Assembly (NCBI GenBank): GCA_964252035.1
Contig: OZ176200.1
Direction: 5' to 3' (one strand)
Source: Podarcis erhardii
Lineage: Eukaryota
DNA: 64,000 nt
The translations under genes and the position numbers were made by a program. How positions within the stretch are numbered: the stretch's first letter is position 1; each line of letters starts with the position of its first letter. The notes under the pieces were generated by a model. The model did not search any database. It saw only the letters and a program-made list of their open reading frames with translations, and was not told the origin of the DNA. Shown here one piece after another: positions 62,511 through 64,000 of the stretch.

Positions 62511-62618
62511 TTAATCATTGTCACTGGTGTCCTCTTGTTTGCTGTTTATAAAGCTCCAGCTTTCCCTTCCATTCTGTTCTTGAGGAAGAAGTTTATATTT
62601 TCTTGTAAAGAAACCAAC
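62511..62618 (-). CDS. ITGA4: Integrin alpha-4, last coding exon (cytoplasmic tail)
   Basis: Minus strand tcttctAG| VGFFTRKYKLLPQEQNGRESWSFINSKQEDTSDND*. Aligns with the alpha4 tail (GFFKR..Y...RRDSWSYINSK) and fits the known synteny. Confidence 0.95.
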   Translation of the reverse strand, partial: VGFFTRKYKLLPQEQNGRESWSFINSKQEDTSDND

Positions 62619-63764
62619 CTAGAAGACACAATTTCAGAACCTATGAAGAAGATGTTGGCAACTAAAAAATAAAATTTACAATTCTATTATACAGTAGTAT
62701 CTCCGCTTATCTGTGTGGACAGAGCCCTCTTCCACTGAATAAAAGCAGCCCTGATCACTGCAATTGTCTGTGTAAGCAGAGTCCTCTTCCAAAGCTGAGC
62801 TAACTAATCAGTGTTCAAAACTCCCATTGCTCTAGGTACATTTTGCAACAGGGAATTTCATTAATGCAAGCAGTTTCTGAGCTCTGGGTGCAGTAATGCA
62901 GAGTGAAAGGAAAGGACCTTTTTCTGCCTCTCCACTTCCAGCTACTCTATGAAGACTGGAGAAGAGACCCTCTTAAGAATATTAGGGGGCTGGGCAGGGG
63001 AAGGACTAGAGTAGACCATGTGAAAAATGAACATATTTTAGCTGCAGTTCATTCATTTTCAGCTTTGTATTCTTATAAAAAAGTGTGCCTAGACATTCCG
63101 TTGTTGCGCCCATAACCTAGGCTTAAGGTGCCATTTAGCTCTTAGCTTTCATATCTCAGTTTCTAACACTGTAACTAATGCGTGCCCTACCCAGATGTTC
63201 CTGGACTGCAACTCCCACTGACTGTGGCTAATGGGATATAGAGTCCAACAACAGCTGGAGGGGCCACATGATTTAAACAAAAAGGAAAATTTTGGGGTGG
63301 CTGTTCAGGAAACTATCAGTTTCCAGAAAGCATTCTCTTCAGCAGTTGCCAATAAATAATCACAACAGTGCCAACACAAATGGCACTGTAAACTGCAGAA
63401 TGTCTATTATGCATCAAAGGCCATTATTTGGTAAGATAGAAATGAGTTAAAAGCTTTTTTACCTAACTTTACCCTAAAAGTCTGGGTCTGCAGATGTGAT
63501 AACTTACCAATGACTGCTTTAGAAATAAAAGTGGGAACTTTTCCAGGGAAGAAAAACTTGTCATTCCTCAACCCATGTAATGACCAAAGCCTCCCTCCGA
63601 TGAAAAAAAGAACTTTTAAAAAATGAATATAAAAGCTGCACTTTAGAATAAATTTGTGGGCAGTGGGGAAGCAAGGGTGACTCTTCCATTGTGATGAGAT
63701 CTAGGGGGGGGGGGAAACAGTCCAAAAAGCAAATAGATGTATGAATTAAATCTGCAGTACTTAC

Positions 63765-63884
63765 CTTCCATAAAATATATGCAAGAATCAAAAGCAAAGC
63801 AATTCCAACTAGTGAACCCAGTCCAATGAGCAACATTGTTACACTAGGTTTTGGTTTTTGGTTATGAAGTCCCTCCAGAATGAC
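63765..63884 (-). CDS. ITGA4: Integrin alpha-4, penultimate exon (transmembrane helix, 120 nt)
   Basis: gtgcAG| VILEGLHNQKPKPSVTMLLIGLGSLVGIALLLILAYILWK |GTAAG. Phase 0 at both ends; upstream exons are outside the window. Confidence 0.95.
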
Positions 63885-64000
63885 CTGCACAAATAAAGAA
63901 CATCCAGCAGTTAACCATCAAGGATTCTATAGAGACTGTACCAGGTTTCTCATACACACAAACTTATATGGCTTGTATCCTTCAGGGTGTATAAATTAGA

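Noticed and set aside
1-64000. CRISPR arrays, rRNA genes, intact transposase/RT ORFs or endogenous viral genes
   Set aside because: None seen. This is vertebrate DNA, and all long ORFs are explained by NEUROD1, CERKL, ITGA4, their antisense shadows or GC-rich islands.

Overview
Squamate (probably lacertid lizard) genomic DNA spanning the conserved vertebrate NEUROD1-CERKL-ITGA4 block. Species assignment rests on a Sauria-type SINE and other squamate repeats. NEUROD1 (+) has a non-coding exon 1 (~8320-8448) and a single coding exon (CDS 10462-11559, 365 aa). CERKL (+) can be assembled by hand as 13 coding exons (22609-59793, 1692 nt, 563 aa), all with GT-AG junctions and continuous frame. The last two exons of ITGA4 (-) lie at 63765-63884 and 62511-62618, tail-to-tail with CERKL. 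The rest is CpG islands, candidate enhancers, SINEs, TA-flanked Tc1/mariner-type MITEs, hAT MITEs, an L2 remnant and microsatellites. No unknown protein-coding gene is supported. The most interesting signal is a coupled regulatory layout: a strong splice acceptor 19 nt before the CERKL ATG could receive NEUROD1 exon 1 and would bypass an in-frame uORF, and two REST/RE1 elements flank the end of NEUROD1. Also notable are a CaaX-like CSCL end on CERKL, a changed integrin alpha4 tail (GFFTR, altered paxillin/PKA motif), and inverted MITEs plus a direct duplication around CERKL exons 4-5. Comparisons with human orthologues are from memory and need checking.
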